Positions 49,811-61,007 of a DNA stretch of 64,000 nt are shown piece by piece. Origin of the DNA: Rhynchopus sp. YZ270_cl-10 (taxonomy: Eukaryota); contig OZ037842.1 in assembly GCA_964035575.1 (NCBI GenBank), positions 868,001 to 932,000 of the forward strand. Reading direction: 5' to 3'. Under the pieces are notes generated by a model, which was not told the origin of the DNA, did no database searches, and saw only the letters and a list, made by a program, of their open reading frames with translations. Numbering within the stretch: the first letter of the stretch is position 1; each line of letters starts with the position of its first letter. Both the position numbers and the translations under genes were made by a program.

Positions 49811-52050
49811 CTAAAGATTAAAGATAGAAAGTAGTTGACCGAAGCGTTGTTCGGAAGTTGTTTTAAAAGCAACATATCCCAGACATACCCCTTTTGTCGG
49901 CTCAGTCACTTCTGCATTGTATCCTCTAGGTCCTTCCCAGTTCACGCTTTTCTGTGGCATTGTTGGTGATTTTTCTGTGAACCGTATTGGGACGATATTT
50001 TGCATTGTCTGAGAAAAGCATCTCTCGTCGGATGAATACAATGCATTGAATATACTTCAGGACAACTGGCGCAACAAAGGAGGATCAAAAATAATAACAA
50101 ACATACCATTTCGGACTCCACTGAAAGGCATTCGTCGGCATCCATGAAATCGTGCAGGTCACATCCCGACTCGTCTGGGATAAACGCAAGCGGTATCGAG
50201 TGGGATGGGGAGTCCCTGCACACCAGGCACAGTATTATTCCTACGGCTACAACACACACTCCACCTCCTGCAATCAAGACAATCCACAGAAGAGACCCAC
50301 TGTCATCATCGTTGCTTGCGTCTTTTGCCAACGGTGTTCCTGTCCCAGGCGTGGGGGCATCGGAGGATGCAGGGAGGTTGTTCACATTAGTGATAGTGAT
50401 ACTACCACATATCTTGATCGAGGAATCTGACTCTTGGCAGAGCTCTGGGCTCTCCACCTGGCAAACAGCCAACACAATGAATCTGCCTTGCGCCTGGGTC
50501 GGGAGGGGCATGAGGTGTTCGAAGGGAACTGCACACCCGGTGAAGCTGGTGACGCCGTCTGCGCTCCATTCAGATTTGCATGCGCAGTCAGCATTGCTGG
50601 CCCTGCACGAAGTGGGTGTGCCATCTATAACACACTGCTGTTGTGAGTCTATCTTTTCAAATGCGCTGTCAAGTCGCTGGCAGCCAAAAATGGTTGCATT
50701 CCCTTCAACAGTGATATTATTATCAGGAATCCTTGCAGTATACGTCGTGCTCCATTGTTCATCACAAACAGGAACGGCAGCCGGGACAGATGTGTTTGGT
50801 GCAGAGGTTGGGACCTCTGTGTCAGGAATGGTGGTGTCAAAGTATCCCCCCCCACACCCACAGCACGCGTCAGCAGCGGCGTAGCGGCTGTCGGTATCGT
50901 TTGTTGGGTCGGAACACAGCTGGTCATTGAATTCAGGTGTGCACACTGCCCCCTCCGACGTCGTCCACTCCGTCCCATCCAGCAGCACGTGGTCATTACA
51001 GACAGCACCAGGTATGAGTGTCACAGGAACGTCGGTGGTCACAGTAGGCAGGGGTGTAAAAGGTGAAGCTGTAAGAGGTGCTACTATTGGCGGCGACTCA
51101 GTCGGGGCAACAGTGGGTGGTGAAGGACTCGGTGGTGCAACGGTCGGTGGTGAAAGCGTCGGTGGCGAAGGGGTTGGTGGCGAAGCAGTCAGCGGCGGTA
51201 AGGTCGGTGGCAATGGAGTCGCAGGTGCGCGTGACGAAAAAGCACCACCGCCACAGGTGCAGCACGCCTCCGCAGCTGCGAAACGGTTGTCGGTGTCGTT
51301 CTTGGAAGAAATGCATGCACGGATGTTCACATCAGCCACTTCACATGTGGTACCGTCGTCCAGTGCCCATTTCGACCCATCCAACAAGGTATGATCTCTA
51401 CAGATCTCAGGTGTTAGTGTTGCAGGTGCAGGTGTAGGCGGTATGGGCACAGAGGTCAAAGGAGCATCTGTGCTTGGTGCTGCCGTGGGTGGCGCCGGTG
51501 TGAGCGGCGCAAGCGTCAACGGAGCGCGAGTGTCCGGAGCAACTGTTGGCGGTGAAGGTGTTGGTGGGGCACTTGTCTCTGGCGCCGGCGTCGGAGGCGA
51601 CAGCGTCTCTGGTGGACGTGTTGAGAAACCACCCCCACAGAAGCAGCAAGCCTCCTTCACCGTGAGTGTGCTGTCCACACCTGTGGCTGCTGTACTGCAA
51701 AATACGATGTCTGAGGACAGCCGGCTGCATGTGTCAGCTCCTATCATCCAAATACCGCCCGAGTCATTGGGCAGATCCACGCAAATCTCTGGAGACAGCG
51801 TAGCTGGTGCCATCGTCGGTGCACCAGTAGTTGGTTCAGGAGTGCCTGTCAAGGGGAGCTCTGTCGGAGGGAGCTGTGTTAAAGGGAACTCTGTATCTGG
51901 TGCGTCCGTCAGGGGGGAGTCAGTGTCCGTTGAATTCGTTGAGTTGCCCAACAGGTCGTCGTCAAACCCTACTAAATCATCATCGGGGTCGGCGTGCGAC
52001 ACAGCCAGCACAGTCAGAAGCACGAACAACACCCACACGCAGACATGCAT
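49811..52050 (-). CDS. Type I mucin-like surface protein with three Cys-rich modules; exons 50107..52050 and probably 49811..50008 (3' end uncertain)
   Basis: Signal peptide; T-x-A/S-P-P stalks; (E/D)ACCxCGGG module x3; TM LLWIVLIAGGGVCVVAVGIILCLVC; donor ATG|GTATGT at 50106. Confidence 0.85.
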
Positions 52051-52807
52051 GTTCTCCTCCCCTGCCTAGTGTGCGCACATTATGTCACTCTCGGTGGTCC
52101 CTCTGAGTGATGTGTGGAATCAGGAACATGTTTAAACAAACAAGTTGAAGGAAACAATTTAAAAAAAGCTGTTTTTTTTCTCTGTTATAACTCTTGTTAA
52201 CTTATTTTGAGTCGTTGCACGCGAGAGTGCTTCTTGGGTTAAGGAGGGACAGAACGAACAAGGAAACATAGATGAACCGAACATATCAATAATAAGCAAT
52301 AAGAAACTCCCCACCCCCTTCCCACTCAATAATGCATTCTGCAGTTCTTGGCAGTATTCAACACCATACAAACTTGATGACATACACATCAAACGCCATT
52401 ACAGAGACTACCACACAATGCGAAGCGCATTGCAGATATCTGCCACAAGTAAATATGCGCATCATTTTCCCTCCCGACGATTAGCAACGACTTGAGGTCA
52501 AATGAGGAAAACGTGATTTTTCTTTCTTTCTTTGAGACAGGCCCCATCGTCACAGGGGGGAGAAAAGGGGATGAAATGGGGGGGTGGCGATGGAGTGGCA
52601 ATAGTTCCTTTTCTTCCGTTCTGTGCGCATTCTGAGACAACGCTGTTCCCTTTCAAAATGCTTTCACAAAATAAATGACAAAGCCGTACTATAGACTACT
52701 GGGGCAACTACGAAAAAGGAGCAAAGTTAATAACGTGCAGACATCTCTACAGACGTAGATACCAAAGACAATGGCTGACTGCGTGCTTTGCGTGGGATCA
52801 ACCCTTT

Positions 52808-53038
52808 GACCTGATTATGAGGTGATTTGGAGTCTTTTTTTCAGGAAAATTCACTAGGGATTCACAAAAAATACACAAAAATACAAATACCCGGTGTGTC
52901 ACATGTGTTCGTTCCTCCCCGCCTCGTTGGGACAATTTATGTGAATTTATGTGAATCGGTAGTGAATGTTTTGTGAATTTATGTACCTAGTAAATTTTTC
53001 TGGGGAGGAAAAAGACCCCAAACCACCCCAGATTAGTC
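52808..53038. repeat. Degenerate foldback element with TTCACA/TGTGAA repeats
   Basis: TTTGGAGTCTTTTT..GAAAATTCACTAGG vs CCTAGTAAATTTTTC..AAAAAGACCCCAAA; ends not defined. Confidence 0.45.
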
Positions 53039-53355
53039 CGAGCAAAAAAATCTCAGACAATATCTTTTTCAAAAAACTAAACGCCTCTGGACGTAGGCAC
53101 CGCATCTCCGCGGGTTATCAGGTCAGTGGAAATAAATAAAAGCTGTGTTCACTCTTCGAGACTGCTTCAGAACAGGGCAATTACACCCTAATTTTTTTTT
53201 TTTTGTTTTATCCCTTGCATTTTGAAGTGAGACTTGATTACTCTCCTTGCTCTCAGCAGCAGTCATTGCTATTGATAAGAGAAGGAAACATTTGAGAGCT
53301 GTGTAATTTCTGACACATTTCCGCACTACAGAACGGAGGGCCTCACATACACAGC

Positions 53356-54288
53356 CAGGCCTAATGCTAACTTTGGGGGAGGGGGGGGAAAAGCGAACCG
53401 ACGGAAAAAAAAAAAAAAAACGAAAAAAAAAATTTCCCTCCGGGAAGGGGTCCAGGGTTTTCGCTTATCTTCATGAAAAAATTTTTTCCCCAAAATCGTG
53501 AAGATATGTCCAAAAAGGGGTCAAAAAATTTTGTTTCGCGCTCCGCGCGAAAAGGTCCGTTCATTTCGCGTAAACACGTGATGACGTGGGATGGTAACGT
53601 ACATCAAGAACCAAACCAACCCTTTTCTCACGTTTTTCCACGTCAAGCCCTCGCATTAGGTTCTCTCTAGTGAACGAAACCTTCCCTCAGGACAAAAAAA
53701 AACGGCGGTTGATATCAAAACTTTCTGGCGAAGCCACGGTACGCAACATTTCAAAATTTGTGACCTAAAACCGAACATTTTTACAGCCAAACTATGGTAG
53801 AGGTCTGTGGGCTGCCAGTTTTTGAGCCGCAGGCGCACGGTAGGCTACTTTTTTAATGCCGGCAAGGGGGGTGCATCATTGAGTCCCTGAAACAAGTCTC
53901 CATCGTCACCGCCACCGCCATCGCAATCGCCATCTTCGCTTTCCTCTTTAACATCAACAGATGCAACACTGCTCTCTGTATCTTCAGAGATCAGAACTTC
54001 TCCAACACTCGATGTCTCGTCGACTGACAGACCCTCCTCCTCCTCGAACCCAGTGGTGGGGGCCGCAGTATGCACTGCTGTGTCCTTCTTTTAATCTCCT
54101 TTCCTCCTGAAGATGCGGGCGCAGGTGCCCACATCTCCAGGACCAAGGTACCCACGGCATACCACAGGCAGAGAACCCCCCATCCCAAAAAACCCCCATT
54201 TTTAAAGGTGAACCGACGAACCAACGGATAAATAAAAAAAATAATAAATAAAAGTGAACCGACGAACCAACGGTTAGCATTAGGCCTG
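53356..54288. mobile_element. hAT-like non-autonomous element
   Basis: Perfect 16-bp TIR CAGGCCTAATGCTAAC; perfect 8-bp TSD TACACAGC at 53348-53355 and 54289-54296; GAACCGACG subterminal repeats. Confidence 0.93.
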
Positions 54289-55633
54289 TACACAGCATCC
54301 CAAAACAAGAAAAGAAAAAAAAAGAAGAAAAATTCATGTCTCAAGAGAACAAAGGGTCGAGCCCGCTGTATCCCCAACAGGGTATTGACGGAAACGGAGA
54401 AAACCCAAAGAAAAGTTGAACAATAAACACGCACACTCCACAGGGAGGACACACACTCACAAGAGTAGAGAGTGTGTGTGTATTTTCACCTCGAAAACTT
54501 ATCTCTAAACTTTGAAGAGGGGAAGAGGCAATTTGTAACACGAAAAGAAACTGTTCAAAGAACAAATGGTTAAAAAGAACGCAATAAATGCAAAATATCT
54601 GCAAGCTCTAATGAGACATTTCTGCAGTGACATGAGAGGGGTAGTTAAGGGGAGGCAATGAAATACCACTACTCTCGAAGCGACGATGAGTGGGGGTCCC
54701 ATACGAACTGAAACTTCTGCAAGAACAAACCCTACGCACTGATATTGCACATTTGGGGACAATGACACAACAGAAGAGAACGTTGCGTGCAACTGTAAAT
54801 TGAGTAAGTGGAGTCTGCACAGGAGGCGCGTTTCCAACAAAAGTGTTAGACAGGACAGAAGGTCTCATTGGTAACAGCACAAGATATGGGTGGATGCATC
54901 ACGAATATGATGAATGTTTCCAACGCAATCCAATGCTGTTTACTTCTGCTACAAATCACCGTCCAAAGTTTACCCCAGCAAGACACTTCACGTTCACTAT
55001 TGGGTGCTGTCAAGGTACTGAATGATGACACCTAGTTAAAAACAAAGTTAAGTTGACAACATATATAACACCTCTGTGCATTCAGGCACATCCATAATTT
55101 TTCAGAGGGAAAAAAATACCCCCACGTCTCATGCAATTGTTGAAGAGAAAAAAAGTACCGACTACTGCGTTTGCGATATCATAAATATCTAAATAAGCGT
55201 CTAAAGCTCCATTCAATTAGCCCATCCATTTTGGAAAACCTTTCACCTTTAAACTTTAGTTCCCGAAAATGAGAAACTAGCTGAATATTGCTCTAAAAAC
55301 TTTGTAATATGTGTGTGTGTGTAAAAGCAAATTTGTAAATTTATTATCTCTCGCACTACAAGTCCCTGTAATATTGGCAATTTCTTGGATATGGTATAAA
55401 AGAGCACCATCCCACGAGACTCTAAAACAGTACCTGATCCCTGAGAGTAAACGAATGAACAATATCTGTGTAAAAACGGAAGGGGGGTGAGGGCTTTTTT
55501 CCAAGAAGAACCCCAACCACCCCCACAATTGAAGAAAAAAAACATCCCCTCCCCTCCCATTCCCCCCCTCGGCCCCATCCCTCACAATTTCCTCACACCT
55601 CCGAACGTATAGTGCCCTGCTTTGCTCATGATT

Positions 55634-56611
55634 TTAGGGGGAAGGTGATGTGGGCATAGTCTGGGAAAGCGCAAGCATGTCTTGGTGTGGTGTCATCAAG
55701 TCCGGATCTGGGTCCCCGTGCGGAAGAATGGAGTGGGGGCTCTGCCATAGCCCGTCTTCCATCTCTCCGATGTCCTCTGGCACGCTGTCCGCTCCATCTG
55801 GGATAAGCGTTTCCATTACAAGACTGCAAGTACTCGTATTGCTGGAGGAATCAGACGAATCAGACGAAGCTGACGTTGGCTCAGAAGACGGTGTGTACAT
55901 GCACGCATGACCTTTATACCGCACCCGTTTGTCAGGGTCATCTAGGTAGAACTCCTGGCTGAAGCGCCGTATGTAAGGTGAGCGTTTCGTCGCTCGGAAG
56001 TTGAGAAGCGGTATCCTCACGCTGCTTGGGCTAGCTATCTCCTCCTCCGGAAGACACCCTGTGCGGCATGAGTCCACAAGCGAGGGACAAAGGCTGCTTT
56101 CAGTATCAACGTCGTCGTACGTCATGAACGCACGCTTCATGCCTGATGGAACGTCACGTGCCTGCAACGGAGATGCTGCCGTGGGTGAGCGGCTTGCTGT
56201 GTCAAAAAGAATTGACTCGCTGGGTTGCTCAGAGGCCGCGTCTGTTGTGGCGTCTTCCTTTGTTTCGAGGCGGGAGCAGAGTGGAGCATGCTCCTCCTCG
56301 GATCCGCCGAAGGGGTAAGACTTTGTGCTGCGCCGTTCATGTTCGTGTTCGTGTTCATGTTCGTGTTCGTTTTGTTCTGGCTGCTCTGGATCGCCTTTGT
56401 AGGGTGGGCGATAGATAGGTGGTTGGGAACCTTTGGGCGGGCGCTTCCCACAACCAGTACAGCCACAGGACATAGGCGCTCGACGCTGCTGGGGTGCTTT
56501 TGAATCCGAATCAGCATCTGACGGCTCCTTTTTGCGGAGATCTGGCGGACGCGCGCTCTTTGGCGCCTGACGTTCCCCACATGAACAGGCGCAACTAGAG
56601 CAAGCCCCCAT
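55634..56611 (-). CDS. Disordered protein with a predicted N-myristoylation/palmitoylation start (~325 aa)
   Basis: Starts MGACSSCACSCG; long ORF with coding-like composition. Confidence 0.7.
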   Translation of the reverse strand: MGACSSCACSCGERQAPKSARPPDLRKKEPSDADSDSKAPQQRRAPMSCGCTGCGKRPPKGSQPPIYRPPYKGDPEQPEQNEHEHEHEHEHERRSTKSYPFGGSEEEHAPLCSRLETKEDATTDAASEQPSESILFDTASRSPTAASPLQARDVPSGMKRAFMTYDDVDTESSLCPSLVDSCRTGCLPEEEIASPSSVRIPLLNFRATKRSPYIRRFSQEFYLDDPDKRVRYKGHACMYTPSSEPTSASSDSSDSSSNTSTCSLVMETLIPDGADSVPEDIGEMEDGLWQSPHSILPHGDPDPDLMTPHQDMLALSQTMPTSPSP

Positions 56612-56810
56612 GTTAGGGTGCTTGTGTCTTGGCAAGCACAATGCTTACGTTCCTTGTTAATTTGTGTTGGGGTGGTGCCGCGGGGGTAGGTTTGTGGGGG
56701 GAAGGACCTTGCAAAATAAGACTATACTTTCTGACTTGGATACCGGGAACTGGATCATGCGCAAGGCAATTCCGTTCCGTCTAACCCCACACCCCAATCC
56801 CCATTAGATC

Positions 56811-59800
56811 TTACATGCGAAGTGCTTTGCAGAGAAGCGAGAACTCCTCGTAGAGCTTCCTGAAGTCTTCGCTTGCCTGCCGCAATGCGACGTTGCCTGT
56901 CCCGATGTTGATCATGAGACAGCGGTTGAAGGACTCCTCAAGACGTGCCTTGTATGGGTGCTCGACGACAATCTGTGTTGGTGATTTCAATACACAATAA
57001 AACGGCAATTCACCCCAAAGCCCATTCGAAGAAAAAAATTCAAAGTGAACGGTGTGGGAAATAAACCTTATGTAGAGGAGGAGTGCAAAAAAAAGGTATT
57101 CATGCAGTATAGTATTCATCTGTGGTTAGTCTGCATATTCCGGAAATAGGAACAGGAAGGACAAATATGAAAGATAATAAGATAATATTGTAACTACAGG
57201 ATGGATCTTGTCCATGAAAGAGAGAAAAGATCGGGTATTTTGTTTGTGCGCTCAAAGCCGGAAAACAAAAAGATGAAAAAATTGTGTTAAACTGAAGTAC
57301 GGTTGTTGTGGTTAATTGAGTACTCAAAGTAACCAAGCAAGCTTCTGTCTTTTTTTTTCAATCCGTTTTGTTTGCCCTGCAACACTGCCTCCAATCTTTT
57401 TAGAATTGACAACAAGGTTGTTTTATCAAAAAAATGTCTTGCACATACTGTGGTGCACATTGCGGCGACCTTCTCGACACCGTACAGCATTGTGAGTGAG
57501 AACACAGCCCTGCTCATTGGCTGCAACACCGACGACGGCAGACGCTCCACCAACGTGGCACGAATGATATGGTCAAGAAACGGGGGTAGTGCTTGCTGGA
57601 TGACCGGCACGTTCCCAGCCTGATTTGCTATCCTGCAGTAGTTTGCCAAAGCTGCAATGGAGCGGTACCTGTGATAGAGAAAATACAAAGTGAAAAACTG
57701 CTAACACTGCCCCACCAACAGGGCAAACTGACGCAGAGGAAGCATCACTCATGGCTCAGAGGAAAGGGCGTTGTCAGACCCTCATGAAGCCGTCGTGGGG
57801 ATAGCGGGGTGTACTACGTTTTTGCGAAAACAAATAGAGAAAGCTCGGGAAGTATTCACACTTCCCCAAGGAAACGCCTTTCAGGATATGACAGTTAAAT
57901 GAAATAAAGAAAACACTTTTTAGCTTATCGCATCGCGAAAGGCATATGAATTTTCAAGTTGAACTACAAACAGTTTGAAATACAAAGCCTCTCGTGACAG
58001 TGTACCCAAAAAAAGAGAATCATATTAATATCCATACCCTGCGCGCAGAATATTCGGTTGCGGGCTGCTGACAGCAAACTGGAGCGCCATGGCAAGTTGT
58101 TCGCATAGCTGCGGCGGAACCATCTGCAGTTTGTCGCAATACAGAGTGAAGCAGTCGTCGAGAAGCCCGAAGCACGTGTTTGCCAAGGTAATGTTCCCAA
58201 GGAAGACAGGGTTGATCAACGCAATCACATGATGCACACCCAAGAAGACCAGGTCCCCTGTATCTGCCCTGCGCCCTTCCTCCCCTGAGTGTTCGAGCAT
58301 GTCCCACTCCACAACGTGTCGGAGCAGCAACATTATGCTCACCAGCGTCGCCTCCATATCCTCGTTGTCAGAGGCCTGCTGCAACCTTCCTTTGTATTCA
58401 CGCCCTGAGTTGCTCTCGCAGTAGATTTGCGTGAGACGCGTGCAGCACTCAAGTACAGTGTGCATCTGCCTCTCATCTAGGAAAGCATTCTGTGCTCTCA
58501 CCAAGTCATCCATCAACTCCACAAGAACTGTCATGACACTTGTCCTTCCACGGTAGAACTGCGCAACCTGCACCATCAAAGGGAACAGATCTTTCACCCA
58601 TTCAAACACTGCTGTCTGCCGACTGTGTGCATGCACACTCGAACAACCCACCCCACGTACCCGCGTCAGGGCAATAACCAGAGTCCGTGCGTGCTGGTTG
58701 TCATGGCCCGCACCCTGCGAGTTGTTGAGGCAGCTCTGCACTTCCTGCTCGATGGAGGGAAGTAGCTGGACAAAGGAGTCCTTCCCGCTACCCAGACAAA
58801 GTATCTCCATCAACTTGCATCGGTCCTCCAGGGAGAGAGCACTCAAACGTGAACCATGCGCAGCTTCGCTCTGTGCCAACGCTCCCCACTTTGGAGTGCT
58901 CGTCAGCCACTCTTGTACGTCCGACTTGGCTGCCACCGCAAGAAGAAGACTCAGAGCTGCCCTTGTGATGTCGCTGTCCGAGGGGAATGAACAGAGCGCT
59001 TCGTGTGCAAGCCCGACAAACATATCCACAGAAGCCCTTCCAGAGTCAAAGGCATTTATGATTACTTCGGGAACGTCGCAATTGGCATCTGGGTCAGGGC
59101 AAATGTACGTTGAGGCCCACCTCGCTAAAGCCTTCAAGAGAGTTGCCAACGTGAGGGGACTGACGCAGTGTGGGTGTGACTGCACCATGGACAGCATGCC
59201 TTCGCAAAGAAGGCCCAGCATCTTCGCTGCCACTAGCACACCGCATGTTGCTTCAGGAAATTGCACATCCTCATACGCTCGTATAGAGTCGACGATGACA
59301 AGTGGAATGCCTGGCACTTCCGACTCGGCTGGGTCTGTGACCAATTCGGTGATGACGTTCACAGCAACCATTAAAGAGTCGTGGAAGTTGTCAGGCACAC
59401 TGCCCGTTTGGATCTGATCCGTTAACTTTTGTAAATGCTGTATCAACTGGGGTAGAGCTACTCCAGGCACCTGGCGTCCAAGAAGGGCGGCCAGTGACTG
59501 GGAACTCCCAGAATACTCTGTGTCATGGTGTTCGTCCACCACCTCTGTCGCAGGCGCCTTCATCTGCCCATTCAAAAAGGCCTCAAAAATGTGTTTGCAA
59601 GACTCCCGCAGAAGCTCTTTCTGAGGGTCGGTGCCAATGTAACCGCTGCTGTAGAACTGCATCTCGTCAAGCATGTCAACCACGTAGGTGACCCACACAA
59701 CAAGAAGAAACTCAGAGGATTCCACAATACATGTATCATCAGGGCGGTTGCTGTACTCCGTCACAAGCGCACAGGTGAAGCGCATAAGGTGCTGGGTCTT

Positions 59801-60859
59801 TTCTGCAAAGGTAGGCATCTTATACCAGTGACGCGAACACGTTCCCATGGTAATTTTATAAAACGCGCGGCAACAGCCAAGCAGGAGGTCGCCCTTTGAC
59901 TCCACGTAGCCGTCGATGGCGCGTTCTGCCAGCACAAACACTGCATCAAGCATGTACTCCATCCATCCGATCTGCTCCCTTTCCTCGATGAAGATGTTTC
60001 CTGTGAGGCTGCAAAAATGGCAGATAGCCTCCTGTATGTGGTGCTGCATGTCAGTTCCGACGTTGGAGTGCAGAGCCAAGAGGGCCGCAATGTTCGCAGG
60101 TTGCAGGAGCACATCATGCCACGCGGAACCTGGGCGTAGTGTCTCAGGGGGCGTTTCATCGTCAGGCTGTCGCCCCTCGAACTGCCACCGCAACACCCCT
60201 TCGGAGAGAAGACGCAACACTGGCTCAGCACTGCGTGCAGGAAGGCTGCCCAGACTCTGCAGCACAGACGGCTCCTCAAACAAGCAGGAGGACAAAGGAA
60301 GCAACGCGTTCTGGGCAAATGACCCCCGCAGCTTCTCATGAACATCCCACGCCTTCCCCAATGAGCCAGCCACCGTGGAGTCAAACTCCTCGATGAGGTG
60401 GCGCGCGAGCCCTGCACCAATGGCAACGTCGCTGCGCAACTGGTCCACAACGGGGGTGACAATTGTTTTAACAAACTCGGGGAGAGCTTGGTCATCACCC
60501 AAGGGCCATGCCAACTTGCACAGGACAGCGTACATGTGGTACACCTGTTCAAGCAACCTGCATGTTCGAAGCACCTCATGCCGCTCCTTTACAAACAGGG
60601 TTGTGAACGAGAGAAGTTCGAATTGCACCTGAGCGGTGAAGGTGCTCCAGTCGCGAATTGCAATCTTTTTCAGGACATCTGTGCTGAAGTACACAATATG
60701 CGGGCACGTCGTCTTTTGGAGGAAGTCCGTTGTTACCTGCAGAAGAACACTGCTGTCCAACATTGAGAGCTTCTTCATTACCTCCTCCGCCGGCTCTGCC
60801 TGCCCTAACTGCATCAATCTGGCGGCCTCTTGCAACCAACTCGCCGCTTGCTCAGCCAT
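56811..60859 (-). CDS. Importin-beta superfamily karyopherin, exportin-4/7-like; exons 58038..60859, 57449..57668, 56811..56972, ~1067 aa
   Basis: All-helical HEAT-like sequence; N-terminal AEEVM..YF..IAIRDW..AVLCKLAW pattern; two GT-AG introns keep frame; subfamily assignment is tentative. Confidence 0.75.
57226..57437. repeat. Dispersed intronic repeat, copy 2 (last exportin intron)
   Basis: Matches 21567-21750 with an extra 23 nt bounded by AGTAC. Confidence 0.9.
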
Positions 60860-61007
60860 ATTTACTATCTACCAGTGTTTATTACCCTGGCCTGAAAGAG
60901 GTGTGGTGTGTTATTGAGGGGAGGGGAGCGGGGAATCAATTAAAAAGCGACCAGGGGAGAGGTGGGTTATCTATCTAATGAGAACGGGATACGGGAGGTG
61001 GGGAATA

